A DNA stretch of 64,000 nucleotides from the human T2T-CHM13v2.0 reference genome, Homo sapiens, in NCBI RefSeq assembly GCF_009914755.1, contig NC_060936.1, one strand, 5' to 3'. The notes beneath the pieces are model-generated. The model searched no databases. It saw only the letters and a list, made by a program, of their open reading frames with translations, and was not told the origin of the DNA. Position 1 is the stretch's first letter. Each line of letters starts with the position of its first letter. Below are positions 28,464 through 42,849 of the stretch, in pieces. Position numbers and translations under genes: made by a program.

Positions 28464-30530
28464 GAAAAGAAAATTGCTACATGCATGTTTCAACTTATCA
28501 CCCTGGAATGTCTTCTGATTTTCTATTTTTAAAGAGAGGTATTCTTCGAAAAATGGCACATGGCTGTAAGAGGGCCAAGATTCTATTGAAATCTCACCCA
28601 ATAAATCATAGCATATTAATTTCTTCCCAACCTGAGAGCATTTGTGTCCAAAGAAGACTTCTCAACATAAGACTTTGGGGAGTTACCATTAATCTGTTAG
28701 AACTGACCTCTGACATGAAACTTACAATCACTTTTGTAATACAGAAAGCTGAAAAGGAAAATGAACCTGGGCTTGACCCTGGGATATATTTGTTAGTGAT
28801 GTCATTCACACTGTCTATAGATGAAAGATAGTAGCGACTACTTTATAAGGTAGTTAAGAGAGTGAAATACACTAATGAGAATGAGACTGTTCAATTAACA
28901 GAGGCTGTTGCTATTAATATTAAACTGTACTTTTTCCCCACTGTTTGCATGTAGATTTGAGTATAGTAAGAGAACACTTAATGTCTTATTTATTTATAAA
29001 AGATAATGTATTTCTCTATCAAGTACCCATCTGAATACGTATGGAGACTGTCCTCTGTGTGACTGTCAGGGTTCTAGGCTATTTGTGACTTGTTACTCAG
29101 CCATCACTTGTTTGTTGTCATTATCTACCTGGATCAAGATGACTTTCTCCTTCCTCTTAGGGCCAGGTCCCAGGAGATACACACATCATTTCTTATTCAC
29201 ATCTCATTGGCCACAACTGAGTCAAATGATCACATTGGATCTGAGCTCCAATGGAGGCTCAGAAATATCTATTTTTGAGAGATGCCAGACAAAGCACTGT
29301 ACATTCTATTCAAGTGAGAAGAAAAGAATAGCTATAAGGGAAAATCTCATCTCTGTTACAATTGTACACCAGTGTCAAGTACATGGTTAATGTATATATG
29401 CTGAATTAATTATTAGACCACTGCTAAAATTATGTTTAACATTTGATATTAAAATAGTATTTTCTGTCTTAAACAAATAAAAACCTGCATTACCATCTAA
29501 CAGGAATTTCCTAGGATGAACATATTTTACTAAATTTAATCATAGAAGATTTATCTCATAATTATGGAAAACCTATCATCTCAAATGGTGCCGCTGCAAT
29601 TTCTGGGGTGTCCCATTAGGAGCTGCTATAGGGTAATGGTAGAACTAATAAATATTATTCCAAACTATGGTTCACAAAACTCAGAACCTTTAGAAATGAA
29701 TTAACATATTATAATCATATAATAATTATTTTCATCACGTGTCCTTTTCACATACTATCAACATAGGTACCGCTATGCTTTATTCTATGATTTTAAAATT
29801 ATGGAACCTAAGAAATCAGCTGAGTACAACTCAACCTCATAATTGGCAATGCTTTTGAAATGTACACATTAAACTGCATGAGCAGAAGAGCAGCTGATGT
29901 GTTTTCTGAGTTTATTCCCAAAAGTCAGACACGCATGTCAAATGTTCTATTTTAAAAGACGCAAAGAAGCTATTTCATGAATAAAATCTGCATTCTACAT
30001 CTATACACACACTCTTATATACTCCATAGCTTTTTTAAAAATTGTGATTGTTAATGCAAAATTTAATTTGTTTTCTAAATTAATAATGGTTGTTTCTCTA
30101 AATTCAGGAAAATGTTATTGGAATTCAGAGGCTATTTTGAAGACAATATAGCATCTTTTAAATGCTGGAAATCCCTCTTTATAAAAGAATGTGTAACAAG
30201 GAAATGGAATAGCCTGTCTGCTACCACATGTGATTATTTTGTTAAAAATAAGAACAAAAACAGTTATTTGCTTAACTAAAACCACGTGATAACTTTCAGA
30301 TAAGTATTTTACTTAAGCTCTATATTCCTTAAAGGAAAAACAAAGTCAGAAGTATTTGTGTAATATCTACATTAGAGTCAAGTCGTCAAGTTTAATATCC
30401 CAATTTCTTACCCAAAAACAAAATTTGCAAATACAAATCAATAATCTGTTACACTTACAAAACTGTCTTTAGATTACAAGTTGATATTAAATAACAATTG
30501 TATTATTCACTCCTTAAAAATGCATTCAAA

Positions 30531-30808
30531 GGCCAGGCGAGGAGACTCATGTCTGTAATCCCAGCAGTTTAGGAAGTTGAGGAAGGAGAATCTCTTGAGG
30601 CCAGGAGTTCAAGACCAGCCTGGGCAACATAGGGGGATCCTGCCTCTACAAAAAATACAAAAATTAGCCAGGCATGATGGCCTATACCTTTAGTTCCGGT
30701 TACTTGAGAGGCTAACGTGGGAGAACTGCTTGAGCCTGGGAGATTGAGGCTATGAGTGTACCACTGCACTACAGCCTGGGTGACAAAGAAAGACCCTGTT
30801 TAAAAAAA
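30531..30808 (+). mobile_element. AluJ
   Basis: Full dimer with J diagnostics (TGAGGCCAGGAGTTCAAGACCAGCCTGGGCAACATAG). Confidence 0.9.
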
Positions 30809-30817
30809 CATGCACTC

Positions 30818-31150
30818 GGCCGGGCGCGGTGGCTCACGCCTGTAAACCCAGCATTTTGGGAGGCCGAGGTGGGCAGATCAGGAGGTCAGGAGATTGAGAC
30901 CATCCTGGTTAACACGGTGAAACACCGTCTCTACTGAAAAAAAAAAGAATACAAAAAATTAGCTGGGCGTGGTGGCGGGCGCCTGCAGTCCCAGTTACTC
31001 AGGAGGCTGAGGCAGGAGAATGGCGTGAACCAGGGGGGCAGAGCTTGCAGTGAGCCGAGATCGTGCCACTGCACTCCAGGCCGGGCGACAGAGCAAGACT
31101 CCTGCTCAAAACAAAAACAAAAACAAAAACAAACAACAAACAAAAAACCA
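30818..31150 (+). mobile_element. AluY-like with (CAAAAA)n tail
   Basis: Full dimer; TSD AAAAACATGCACTC. Confidence 0.92.
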
Positions 31151-31209
31151 AAAACATGCACTCAAAAGAGTTAGCTCAAGCATCTGGTGGTATCCACTGT
31201 ATAAAAACC

Positions 31210-31426
31210 ACATTATGATCCAGCAATCCCACCTCTAAGTATGTATCCAAAGGGATGAAATGAGTATGTTGAAGACGCAGCTGCACTCCCACTGTCACTT
31301 GTGCATTGTTTACAAATAGCCAAGATATATAAACAATATAATATAGGTAATATAAACATATAGAAATATAATTATCTTTATAATAGAAACACTATAAATT
31401 TCTGTCAATGGATGAATGAATAAAAC

Positions 31427-31457
<31 letters not shown>

Positions 31458-31810
31458 CTGTGTGGGTGTGTCCACACAGGGGAATACTATTAACCTGTAA
31501 AAAGAAGGAAATTCTGCCACTTGTAACAACATAGATGAACCAGGAGGACGTATGCTGAGTGAAATTAACCAGACACAGAAAGACAAATAGTGCATGAACT
31601 CACTCCTCTGTGGAATTTAAATAGTCCAGCCCATAAAAGCAAAGAGTAGAATGATGGTTGCCAGGATGTGGGGAGAAGGGGACAGTAAGGGTTCAGTCAG
31701 GGGGTACAAAGTTTCACTGCGGAAAGATGAATAGGTTCTGGACATCTAATGTAAAACGATGTGACTACAGGTAACAATACTGTGTTGCATATTTCATATT
31801 TGCAAGAGGG
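31210..31810 (+). mobile_element. L1MA-type 3' region containing (TG)n at 31429-31470
   Basis: ATGATCCAGCAATCCCAC...CAGAAAGACAAATA...GGGTACAAAGTTTCA. Confidence 0.75.
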
Positions 31811-32328
31811 TAGCCACTCCATCCATCTGCCAACTTACTAGGTTTTTCTGTACGTTGAGTGTAGAGACTGTTTTGTTCTTTGTGTGTTTAGTGCATCTAA
31901 TACAGTATTTAACAGAGAGTGGGGCTTGTGTCAGTCAGGGTGGATCAGGTTATGCTAAACAAAATCAAATTACCAGCGGCTTGTAATAACAAGAGAGTAT
32001 TTTCAATCATGTTCAATGACGAACATGAACTAATGGGGTTAGGAGACTCTGTTCCCGGAGATACTCAGGGAATCAGGATGATAAAGAGTGAATCTTAAGA
32101 CAAGCTGTCAGATCCACAGTGCAGAGAAGAAGAAAGGTAAAAAGCCAAGTGCAAGCACAGAATGCTTCCAGTTTTACCACCTCAAACATCCACACGCTTG
32201 CACCTAAGGAGTCCAATCAGACAATCTCCTGTTCTCACAAGAAGATGGGAACAGTGTATTTGTGCACAGTATTAAGTGGGCTTCGGTGCTCAACAAATAC
32301 TTGCTGAATGAACGAATTATAGATTACT

Positions 32329-32363
32329 GCAAAAACCACAATTACTTTTGCACCATCCTAATA
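32329..32363. mobile_element. MADE1/Hsmar1 solo TIR
   Basis: GCAAAAACCACAATTACTTTTGCACCATCCTAA|TA. Confidence 0.75.
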
Positions 32364-32399
32364 ATTAGAGTAGGTGCTAACTTCGAATTTAATTATTTA

Positions 32400-32820
<421 letters not shown>

Positions 32821-32937
32821 CATATCCACGTAAATGAGAACTTTATCACTCACCATTTCATAGTGAATTCTGCAACTTTCAGTTTTAGCAGGTGGTCATA
32901 ATAATACAAAAATATCTTCGGCCTTTTTGCTGGACCC

Positions 32938-33722
32938 GTGACAGGGATGTGTGGTTTAGCTGGCCTGCCACACTCACCCCCTTGCAGGAGGCAGCACGTG
33001 AGCGAGCAAGTGCAGGGTCCAGCTGGCTGGTCCTGCAGGGCCTGTGGTGGCACCTAGGTGGGGATGCCTGTGGCCCTGAAGCCCAAGAGGAGGTGTTACG
33101 GTGCTCTTTTAGTTCTGCCGTTTCTGGATGGCAGCGTGTTGGCAGCTCAGTTGGCTCCTTGCCTCATTGCATGAGTCAGCTGTCCTCTGCCGGGGAGGGC
33201 AATGAGCCAGTGTGACAGCCTTTTTGGGTACCCACACTTGGTGAGTCCCAAACTCTTGTCTTGCATTCAAGAAGAATGAGGTCACACAGACAACTGAAGG
33301 ATAGTGAAAGTGGAGAATTTAACTGAGCAATGAAAACTGCTCTCAGCAGAGAGGAGAGCTGGAGAGAGGATGGGAAGGGCAGGTTATCTTCCCCGAAGTC
33401 CCGCCATCTCCTTCAAGGTCCGGCCATCTCTCTCCAGGTCCAGCCATCTCTCCCACTACTGACTGAGTCTGGGGTCTTCCTAGGCACAGGATGGGATTGG
33501 GGCAGGCTGTAGGTAATTTTGGAAAAGGCTACATTTGATTGGTAAAAAGGTGTGATTCAGAAAGAACCAATCGGGAGAGAGCGGGCAAACAAGAATAGAA
33601 GATCTCACGTTGGGCCAGCGGTTCCAGGCTGATTTTTTATTTGTATTTTTGGCTTGAAGGCGTGGTTTCACTGGGGATCCACCCCCGTCTGCCTAGAATT
33701 TCTCTGCCTCCTGCCTCTATGA
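32938..33722 (-). mobile_element. ERV1 solo LTR (LTR27/LTR28/MER52 group)
   Basis: Reverse begins ...AGAGGCAGGAGGCAGAGAAATTCTAGGCAGACGGGGGTGG; CCAAT boxes. Confidence 0.7.
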
Positions 33723-34869
33723 ATAATTTGAAAAGAAGGAATTATATGCGGGACAACATTTTTTAATATGTATAATTTTTATTATTACCAATAAGCAAAC
33801 CTGTTACTTATAACTTGGGCTCAGCAGTTTTCTGCCCATCAAAATGTGATGAGAAGCTTTGTGGCAGTTGTCATTTTTTAAAAGCACAGTGTCAAATTCA
33901 TACCCACCAAAACAGAAAGTCTACAGTCAGGCATTTGGGTTTTGAAAATGCTCTCCTATAGATTAAAAGTGCCATAGAGACAAGACACTCTTCTGTCAGT
34001 TAGCTACTCTGTCCTCTGTGTGTGGCAGATAAATATTTGTGATTGATTAAAGTGCACTCCTGGTTAATAACCTCTGATAAATGGACTTTCCCCCAAGATC
34101 ATAAGCAAATGCCACATCATCAAGGGGCCTTGCTGAGCTGCAGGGATGTCAGAAAAGGAAATTTCCTGGATTCTTCTCCCCAGTCTCCATGCAGATGGAG
34201 AAGGGCAGGTTGGAAGAATAAGAGGCCTTACGAAATGTTGCTCTCTCACCACAAGAACCTACAAAATAACCATCTTAGTATGTTTATTAAGCCTCCTGAC
34301 CCACATGGAAGGGCTTAATAAACATACTAAGATGGTGCCCATGACAGCCTGCATTCAGATCCCTTCTGGAGCACTGGAGCATAAGAGGCTGGCAGACGTG
34401 TCACATATTTTTTTACGAGGCACTCTGCTGCCTCTGCCCACATCCCACTGCCGAAAGTCAGTCTATGGCCATGCTCAACATCACTAGGAAAGAAAGCACT
34501 TTTGTCCCCTGTAATAGCAGAGAGGAGAAGGACTATTTGCTGAATAATCTTCCAGGTGATAATAACAATCATTATCATCATGAGTACTGTCATTATCTGT
34601 CAACAATTATTAATCACAATCGTTAGTAAGAGCATCTCTCCTTTCCATCTCACAGCCCTCATCATCTGCTTCGTGCTCCTCTCGTGTCCATTCAGGTTCA
34701 GTGGCACTAAATCACTAGTGAATATAAGGGGCAGAAGGAGCAGGTTTTTGCCTTTTTTCTAACATATCATGCAATCTGTCAAAATGGCCAGCTTATAGAT
34801 AGCCCCCAGGAAATATGTGATGGATGAGTGGATCAATATTGTTCTTAGAATATCCAAAGGAAGTAGAGA

Positions 34870-35510
34870 AAATACATACATGTGTACTTATATAATTGAG
34901 TACATATAGCATGTGTATAGAAATAACATATGTATGTATGTATTGTATGCTTACATAAATGTATATGCCTATATGTATGTGTATATACACTTGTATGTAT
35001 ACATTTTGTATGTATGTTTATATTTATATATAGTGCGTATATATGTATGTATACATGTGTGTTTATATATATGCATGGGTATGTGTATATACATGTATGT
35101 GTGTAAACATTTGTACACATATGTGTCTGTCTATAGGTATGTGCACTGTGTGTATATAGGTATGTGTATTGTGTATATCTGTGTGTATATCTGTGTGTAT
35201 ATGTGTACATGTATATGTATGTGCACTTGTGTATGTGTGTATGTATGCATGTGTATATTTATTTATGTGTATATATGTATGCACATATATAATTATGTGT
35301 ATATATGTATGCATGTGTGTATATATGCATGTGAATGCACGTGTGTGAATGCACACATGTATATGTGCATGCATGTGTATATATCTCTGTGTTTATATAA
35401 GTACGTGTGTGTAGATGCATATACATATATTTGTGTGTATGTATATATGTATGTGTATTTGTGTGTGTCTATGTGTATGTGTTTGTGTGTGTGTGTGTTT
35501 GGGTGTGTAT
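34870..35510. repeat. (TATG/TG)n low-complexity tract
   Basis: Seen directly; source of the spurious 222-aa Y/V/C/M ORF. Confidence 0.95.
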
Positions 35511-35634
35511 TAATGTGTTCAATACTGTCAGGAAGTGTTTTATTGCTGGAGTCGGCGTCTCCTTTGTCTGATGTTTTATGATGTCTTAGCCAGGATGGCT
35601 GTTAGAACTCAGAAGAAAAAGAGTTCATAAGGAA

Positions 35635-35775
35635 GGAATGGGTGCTGGGCTTAATACCTAGGTGATGCAATGATCTCTGCAGTAAACCACCATGGCACAC
35701 CTCCATGTAACAAACCTGCACATCCTGCACATGTACCCCTGAACTTAAAATAAATGTTGGAAAAATAAAAATAAA
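35635..35775 (+). mobile_element. L1P (older L1PA/PB) extreme 3' fragment
   Basis: GGCTTAATACCTAGGTGATG...AACAAACCTGCACATCCTGCACATGTACCCCTGAACTTAAAATAAA. Confidence 0.8.
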
Positions 35776-36079
35776 GAATTGCTTCCAGTGATAATGGTGG
35801 TGAAGCTGGTTATGTCTGTGTTGGCTCATGTAACTACCTTAAAACTGACAACTGTGCAAAACTGCTCAGTGCAAAATGAAGAGTTACATGCTGAGAAGGG
35901 AGGCATGAGCCACTGATGAGTACAAAACTGCTAATAAAGCTCTCATTTTACCCTTATCTTGTCCTTATGACCTTTACAGAACACTTGTTGCCAAGGATAC
36001 TTAGGCACATCAATAAAACTAGAGAAGAAAAAGTATGATAAAATATAATAATGGAAAATTAAGTTACCAAAAAAAGCAA

Positions 36080-37095
36080 TTTTCTCCAACAATAATGGGA
36101 CAAAGACTATAACAGACACCTCACCAAAGAAAATACATGGATGGGGAATGAGCATAAGAAAAGATCCTTTACATCATATGTCATCAGGGAAATGCAAATT
36201 AAAACAACAAAGAGATCTATTACACAGCTATTAGAACTGTCAATATCCAGAACACTGATAAAACCAAATGCTAGTGAGAAGGTAAAGCAACAAATCCTCT
36301 TGTTATTCATGGTAATGCCAAATGGTACACTCTATTTGGAAGAGAGTTTGGGGCCTCTTAGAAAACTAAGCATACTCTTACTATACAATCCAGCAATCAT
36401 GCTCCTTGGTATTTACCCAAAAAAGCTGGAAACTTATTTCCACATAAAAACCTGCACATGGATGTTTATAGCAGCTTTATTCATAATTGTCAATATTTAG
36501 AATCAATCAAGATGCCATTTAGTGAGTGAATGGATAAATAAACTGTGGTATAGCCTGACCAGGCAATATTAATCAGTGCTGAAAAGAAATGAACTATTAA
36601 ACCATGAAAATATGTGGAAGAGCCTTAGAAACATACTATTAAGTTAAGGAAGCCAGTCTGAAAAGGTGGCTACATACTGTGTGACTTCAATTATACGACG
36701 TTCTGGAGAAGGTAAAACTGTGAAGACAGTAAAAACTTCAGTGGTTTCCAGGAATTGGGGGTGAGAGGGGTGAATAAGCAGAATATAGATAATTTTAGGG
36801 CAGTAAAACTATTGTGCATGACACTCTATGAAGGCGTGTCATTTTAAATTTGTCCAAACCCATAAAATGTGCAACACCAAGAGTGAACTCTAACATCAAC
36901 TGTGCACGCTGGGTGATAATGATGTGTCAATGTAGGTTTGTCAACTCTAACAAACGAACCACTCTGGTGAGGGATGTTAGAAATGGGGTAATCTGTGCAT
37001 GTGTTGGGGGTAGGGGACATACAAAAAAGCATCCATCTTCCTCTCAATTTTTCTATGAACCTAAAACTACTCAAAAAAATAAAGTAAATTAAACA
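36080..37095 (+). mobile_element. L1MC1-like 3' end
   Basis: AACAGACACCTCACCAAAGAA...CAACACCAAGAGTGAAC...GGGTGATAATGATGTGTCAATGTAGGTT. Confidence 0.8.
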
Positions 37096-38011
37096 AACCA
37101 ACTCTCATCATAATTACTCAGTTTTATCGACTCATCTAATTTTGCATTAACTGCCTCCAGTAGGAACCACTTAACTTGTCTTTATTTTATTTAGAGTTTC
37201 TGAATTTTATGTCCTTTGATAGGGCAAAAGAATCTTATACTGTAATGAGAACTCAGGACTCGACAGACAAAAATTGTAAAAAACCAACATGTAGAGTCAC
37301 AAGGTTCTTGTTCATGATTTCCACAAGTGCTCTACTTGGATTTACATTTTTTAAGCAAAAATAAGTGCATTAGTTCTTTGTTCATTATGGTTCCAGTAGA
37401 TAGTGCTTACATTTCTTATTAAAACTTTTCAAAGTAGTGCAAAAAAGAAGATGGACACAGAAAAATCGTGCCATATAAATACCCATCATGCCACATAAGT
37501 ACCCATCAGCAGTTCTGTTTTAAAAAAAAAAGCTATCATTAAGGAAGAAAAAGTGTAAATTACAAAAATGAGGTCACAATGTAACTCATATAAATTGCAG
37601 CCACCTGTTTTTCTCATTTCCAGGAGAAAGGATTTTATGTATGCAATGAAGCAACTTTTTTTTGGAGAAAGAAAATTTGCTCTGCAGTCTTCATTACTTA
37701 AGCACTATTTAAGTCTCCACAGTCTTGCCTGCCCAGCTCTTGTCACCAGCTAATCAGCAAGTGGACATCTACGGCTACCATAGAAGAAGAATCACACACT
37801 TCCCAGAATTAGAGGATCTGGAAATCCACAGTTGCTTTCAAATAAGACATAGTTGAAAGGTCTTGGATTGGCCTGTGAAAAATCACACAATGGCTTATAA
37901 AGCTGAGTTGGAGACAGAACATGGTGCAGTGAATTACAAATTTTAAATCTGGATAAGGTTTCATTCAGATAAAGAGGGAATAGCAAGTCATATTGTAGGT
38001 CGTGCTATAAG

Positions 38012-38388
38012 TGTATATTGTTTTGGTTTATTTGGGCTGCTATAACAAAATGCCATAAATTGGTAGTTTATAAATAGAAGTGCATTTCTCAAAGCTCTGG
38101 GGGCTGGGAAGTCCAAGAGCGAGATGACAGCAGATTTGGTGTCCAGTGAGGGCTCACTTCCTGGCTTACAGATGGCACCTTCTTACTGTGTCCTCACATG
38201 GTGGAGGGGATAAGACAGCTCCCTGGGGCCTCTTTTATAGGGACACTAATCCCATTCATCAGTGTTCCACCCTCATGGCCCATCACTCCCCAAAGGCCCC
38301 ATCTCTTAATTTCATTGCTTTGGTGGGGTTGGGGGTTAAAATTTCAACATATGACTTTTGAGGGGACATAAACATTCAAAATATAGCA
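38012..38388 (-). mobile_element. MaLR LTR (MSTD/MLT1A-like)
   Basis: TTTGGGCTGCTATAACAAAATGCCATA...GGCTGGGAAGTCCAAGA...ACATAAACATTCAAAATATAGCA. Confidence 0.8.
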
Positions 38389-39627
38389 ATGTTCATCATA
38401 TAAACTTAGGCCCAGGACTCATCAGGAGTAAACCAGAGGAACGTCAGTTGATTTCTTTTTCTTTCCTATTTCCTCAGGTTACCTTTTGTGTAAAGTTGTA
38501 CCTTTTTGTATATATGACATCATTTTGGAAATGCTACTTTAATTCACATATATTAAAAAGTTTAAGACAACTTTTTTTGAAAAAAACCTAGATAACCATT
38601 TATATACAGGTTTACTAATATATGAGAAAATTCACTCATTATTATTAGATTTTTTTCCTTTGAGAGGTAAGATTTTTATCATTTTAATTTTAGTTTCTGT
38701 TTTCTAATCTTCATTTTTCTAATTTTCAAATTTTAGTAAAAAGTGTTATATAATTTAAATACTTTTAAACTTAAAATAATATTATGTTTTTCAGAAGAAA
38801 GTCTTCATTGATTTGGAGGAAAGAAGCTACAGATTTCACCAATAATAGAAACTGAATTGCCTCATGTTTAAAAACAGAAAGTAACTGAATTACAAAATTT
38901 TTGTGATTAATGTTGAATAAAAATAAAACAAACTTTAGTATGTTGTTATACATTTTTTTCCTGCTTACCTTAAACTGGATTTTGGAAAACTTTGATCTTT
39001 TGTGACAGTATTTTGTAATTCAACCTATGTATATGACAGTGGTACTGATCATTTTGTAAATGAATCATCCTGTATATTTTGTACGTATTTTGTCAAAGTT
39101 AATTTTAAAATCTTTCAATAAAAGAACTTAACAAATAGAACACCAAAAGTCTTCAACTTTTGAAGCTTTCCCAAATTGTGATAATTAAAATTAAAACATA
39201 TAAACAGAAAGACATTAAAATTTTTCCCTTAAAAAATAAGAAAGGAAATTAAGAGAGATTATATGGAATTGATAAATTAACTTGGAAATTCTATTGTTGT
39301 TTTTGAACTATTCCATCTTCTTTTCAGTTTAAGGTTTAGTTGACCAAAACGTATATATTTATGATATACACTGTGACATTTTAATATATGTATACAATAT
39401 TTAATGACTAACTTGACCTAATTAACATGAAAAATAGCAATCACGTATTCACTTATCTTTTTTTTGCCATTCAGTTTGATTGAAACGATTGTTTTCTTTG
39501 TTACAATTAGTTTCCAACAGCTTATAGTCACCATGGCTGGGGGTCATAACTAACGTTTTTAATTCCTTTCAAAGCACTAAAAACATCTGGCTTTGCCTTG
39601 AACACAGAGTTGAAAAGAGCATTTCTC

Positions 39628-40190
39628 ATGAGGGGATGACAATATGTCACCCAAAATACTCCACTCTGGCTGGTGGGATATTTTGAGCTGGAGCCTACTG
39701 AGAACCAGCAGATGCCGGAAGAACACTCTATCCTCTCCCTTCCTGCCTAAAAGTAGAGTGTACATTTTTCTTTGTGAAGGTGACATTACTTTCCATTTAT
39801 ACAGGTGCCTCCACATTCTGTACCAGGAGGAGGAGAAGGATTCATACCTGCATCACAACACTTACTAAACAATCCTATTTGCCACAATTTCCTAGTCACC
39901 TTCCCACAATTTACCCACCCTGAGTGCCCCAACCCCTTTTCCTTTCTGCAGTCACGTCTCCACCATGTATCACCCTTTCTGAAAGGGGTATATAAGCCCA
40001 TGGTCTAACTGCCATCTTTTTGGGTCTTCGCTTCTTTCTCACGAAGCCTCCAGACACATAAAATTATGAACATCAATAAGAAAACCTATGCATTTTCTCC
40101 TGTTAATCTGCCATTTGTCAAATTAATTAACAGGCCCCAGGCACAGAACTAAGAAGAAGGCAGTGAGAAAGTTGTTATTTTCCAATCGTC
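39628..40190 (+). mobile_element. ERV1 LTR (MER34/MER39 group)
   Basis: ATATGTCACCCAAAATA...GGATATTTTGAGCTGG; TATATAAG; TTTTCTCCTGTTAATCTG. Confidence 0.6.
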
Positions 40191-40209
40191 CCCACCTCCC
40201 GCCACAACA

Positions 40210-41480
40210 CTCAGAAACCACCGATAAGAAAAGCCATGTAAACTAAAAATCATATTTTTTAGCCTATCAGAAAGCAGAGGTTGCTAGGTAGTTAAATATT
40301 CTGAAATCCATTCAGGGACAGCTCTTTGACTAAGAAGGACGGATCCTGTGGACTGCCCCAGTTGTGGCAGAGCCTGGGAGGAAAGGATTCTGGCCATAGA
40401 ACCAGGTCAAATGCCAATATTTTAACCTCTCATTAAAGACTGGGAGTAGACTAGTATGAGGTTACAGAACCTCTTGTAACTGCCCAATGGATTCACCTTG
40501 CCTGCTGCCTAGACAGAGCCAATTTATCAAGACAAAGAAATTGCAATGGAGACAGAGTAATTCACACAGAGCCGGCTGTGTGGGAGGCCAGGGTTGCATG
40601 CACTTGCAGAATCCTTTTTTATAGACTTTCCACTTAATGCTATGTGAAAGGTTGAAGGCAAGAGGTGAAATGGAGAAAGGCTCTTTTGGTTCTGTAGGAG
40701 GTGAGTGATGGGTGATGCTGTGGGAAAGGCATGAAGCTATATGCCTGATCCTCTACCCCACCCCTTGTAATATAGAAAGCAAATGCCTGGTACCTTGAAA
40801 AAAAGAGCAGCAAACCCTGCCACTCCCAGGATACAGGTAAAGGCCTCTTGTTACTTCAGGACAAATGAAGGAAGAAAATATCTGTATACTCATAGAGTGG
40901 GGGCTGATGACAGTCTTGGGATCAGGACTCTATTCTAGTACCATTACAAGTCTCCCTCCATTGGGGAAGGAGTTCTCAACTCTTCTACAAGACCCATTGT
41001 TAAAAGGCAGATGTAGATGCTAGAGAGACGGGCAGGAAAGCTGAGAAAGTCCCAGCACGAATATCCAGGCCCACCAGCCCCACCAAGGACTAAGGCTGAG
41101 CCAGAACAACAGAGAAGACTCAACCACGCCGCCACCTCATCAGTTCAGCAAACAACAAGTAACAAACAGCAATGAGTGATGGAGAGACGACTCAAAACAG
41201 AAGATGGATCACAAACAGTGAAGACACACTTTGGATGCCATAAGCACATGGCATCGTGGTTAGATGAGTTTGAGGCCTGTGACTCACAGATGGTAACCAT
41301 AGCAACAACAAAACCCAGCTCAGCGCAACGTCTGCCCACATTGACCCATATCCCATACTAATGCCCCCAAAGAAGATGCAAGCTCCTAGCCCTACTTGCA
41401 TACCATTTATCTCAGTCTCTCAATAGCCACATGTAATGTGCAGATTTCAAGGACAGATTGTAAGTCATGAAATTTTTAAA
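40210..41480 (+). mobile_element. Old L1M 5'-region fragment
   Basis: Resembles L1M 5'UTR; highly degenerate. Confidence 0.35.
40475..40593 (-). mobile_element. LTR8 terminal fragment
   Basis: TGTAACTGCCCAATGGATTCACCTTGCCTGCTGCCTAGACAGAGCCAATTTATCAAGAC matches the reverse of the LTR8 3' end. Confidence 0.8.
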
Positions 41481-41559
41481 AATTGAGAAGAAACAACTTG
41501 GTCCAGAATCAAACTACCAACAGAATTGGACTCAGAAATGACATGAATTTACACCAGCC

Positions 41560-41780
41560 TCTGAAACACAGCCCCACCACCCCATCCCACTCCACCTCTT
41601 ACCCTAGAACTTTTTCCCATCAGGCATAAAATACATTTGACTTATTTGTCCAGTATCTCTCCTTCTTCTCTAAAACAGCAGCTCCATCAGATAGAGACGT
41701 TATCTCTCTTGCTCACTGTACCTTGAGTGTTAGCTGGTACATAGGAGTTGTGCAAGACAGCTTTGTGGAATATGTGAATG
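41560..41780 (+). mobile_element. L2 3' end
   Basis: CAGCTCCATCAGATAGAGAC...CTTGCTCACTGTA...CTGGTACATAGGAG...GAATATGTGAATG. Confidence 0.55.
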
Positions 41781-42567
41781 TATCGACTTTATTCTTCTCC
41801 AACTCCTAGAACAAGTGAGAAGCCTTACTACCTAAGTATATGAGTGGAAGTGTATTTGGTCAAAAATCTTTATGTTAAGTACCTTGACAGGTGAAAAATG
41901 GGCTTTAATTTTCATAAAACCAGAGATCCCAAATTTCTTTGTCTGACTATTCTCTCCAGGTTTATCTTTCTTTATATTCCTCCTTCCTGGTTCTATGTGA
42001 CACATGTCTTAAGAAGAGAACACAGGGACCATTAGCTCGATATTGCTGCTGTGTAACTAGAACTATTCTACCAAGATCTCTCATGAGAAAATCCAGAATG
42101 GATTCTCAGCTTCCCTGACCCATGCTAATTCTGCAAAAATAGTTCCATTCTCTTGTATTTCATGTTTTCTCTTCTATCTTCTTTTTCTCTCTTAATCAAT
42201 CACAATATGGAACTAAAATAAAATATTAAGTTATTAATCATTCTGATTTTGAATAGTTTTATGTTCTTTGTTTTTCATTATAAAGGTAGATGAGTCAAAC
42301 CCATTATATTTCTCTAAAAATATAATTCTAAATTAATTTTATCTTATTTAAGAAGCTTATAATGCTCCTATTTATGAATAACAGGCTATGTGGGGGATAT
42401 TTCCCACCACTTCACGAATTATTTTTTCCAGGTACTTTCTTGCAAAAATCCTACTTACTATTGTCCTTAAACCAAATGACTTAAGAAGAATTTTATACGA
42501 GCTCTGATCAGATTGACTCAAGGCTCCAGAGAAACTCAAAGCTCCATGACATGATTTCTTTCTTATT

Positions 42568-42849
42568 GGTAGGCCCAGGCGGGTGGAACACCTGAGGTCG
42601 GGAGTTCGAGACCAGCCTGACCAACATGGAGAAACCCTGTCTCTACTAAAAATACAAAATTAGCCGGGTGTGGTGGCGCATGCCTGTAATCCCAGCTACT
42701 TGAGAAGGCTGAGGCAGGAGAATCACGAGAATCGCTTGAACCCAGGAGGCAGAGGTTGAGGTGAGCCGAGATCGCACCATTTCACTCCAGCCTGGGCAAT
42801 AAGAATGAAACTCCGTCTAAAAAAAAAAAAAACCAAAAAACAAAAAAAC
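42568..42849 (+). mobile_element. AluSp, slightly 5'-truncated
   Basis: GGTCGGGAGTTCGAGACCAGCCTGACCAACATGGAGAAACCC diagnostic. Confidence 0.9.

Noticed and set aside
34845-35581. 222-aa ORF and antisense ORFs
   Set aside because: Artefact of a (TATG)n low-complexity tract
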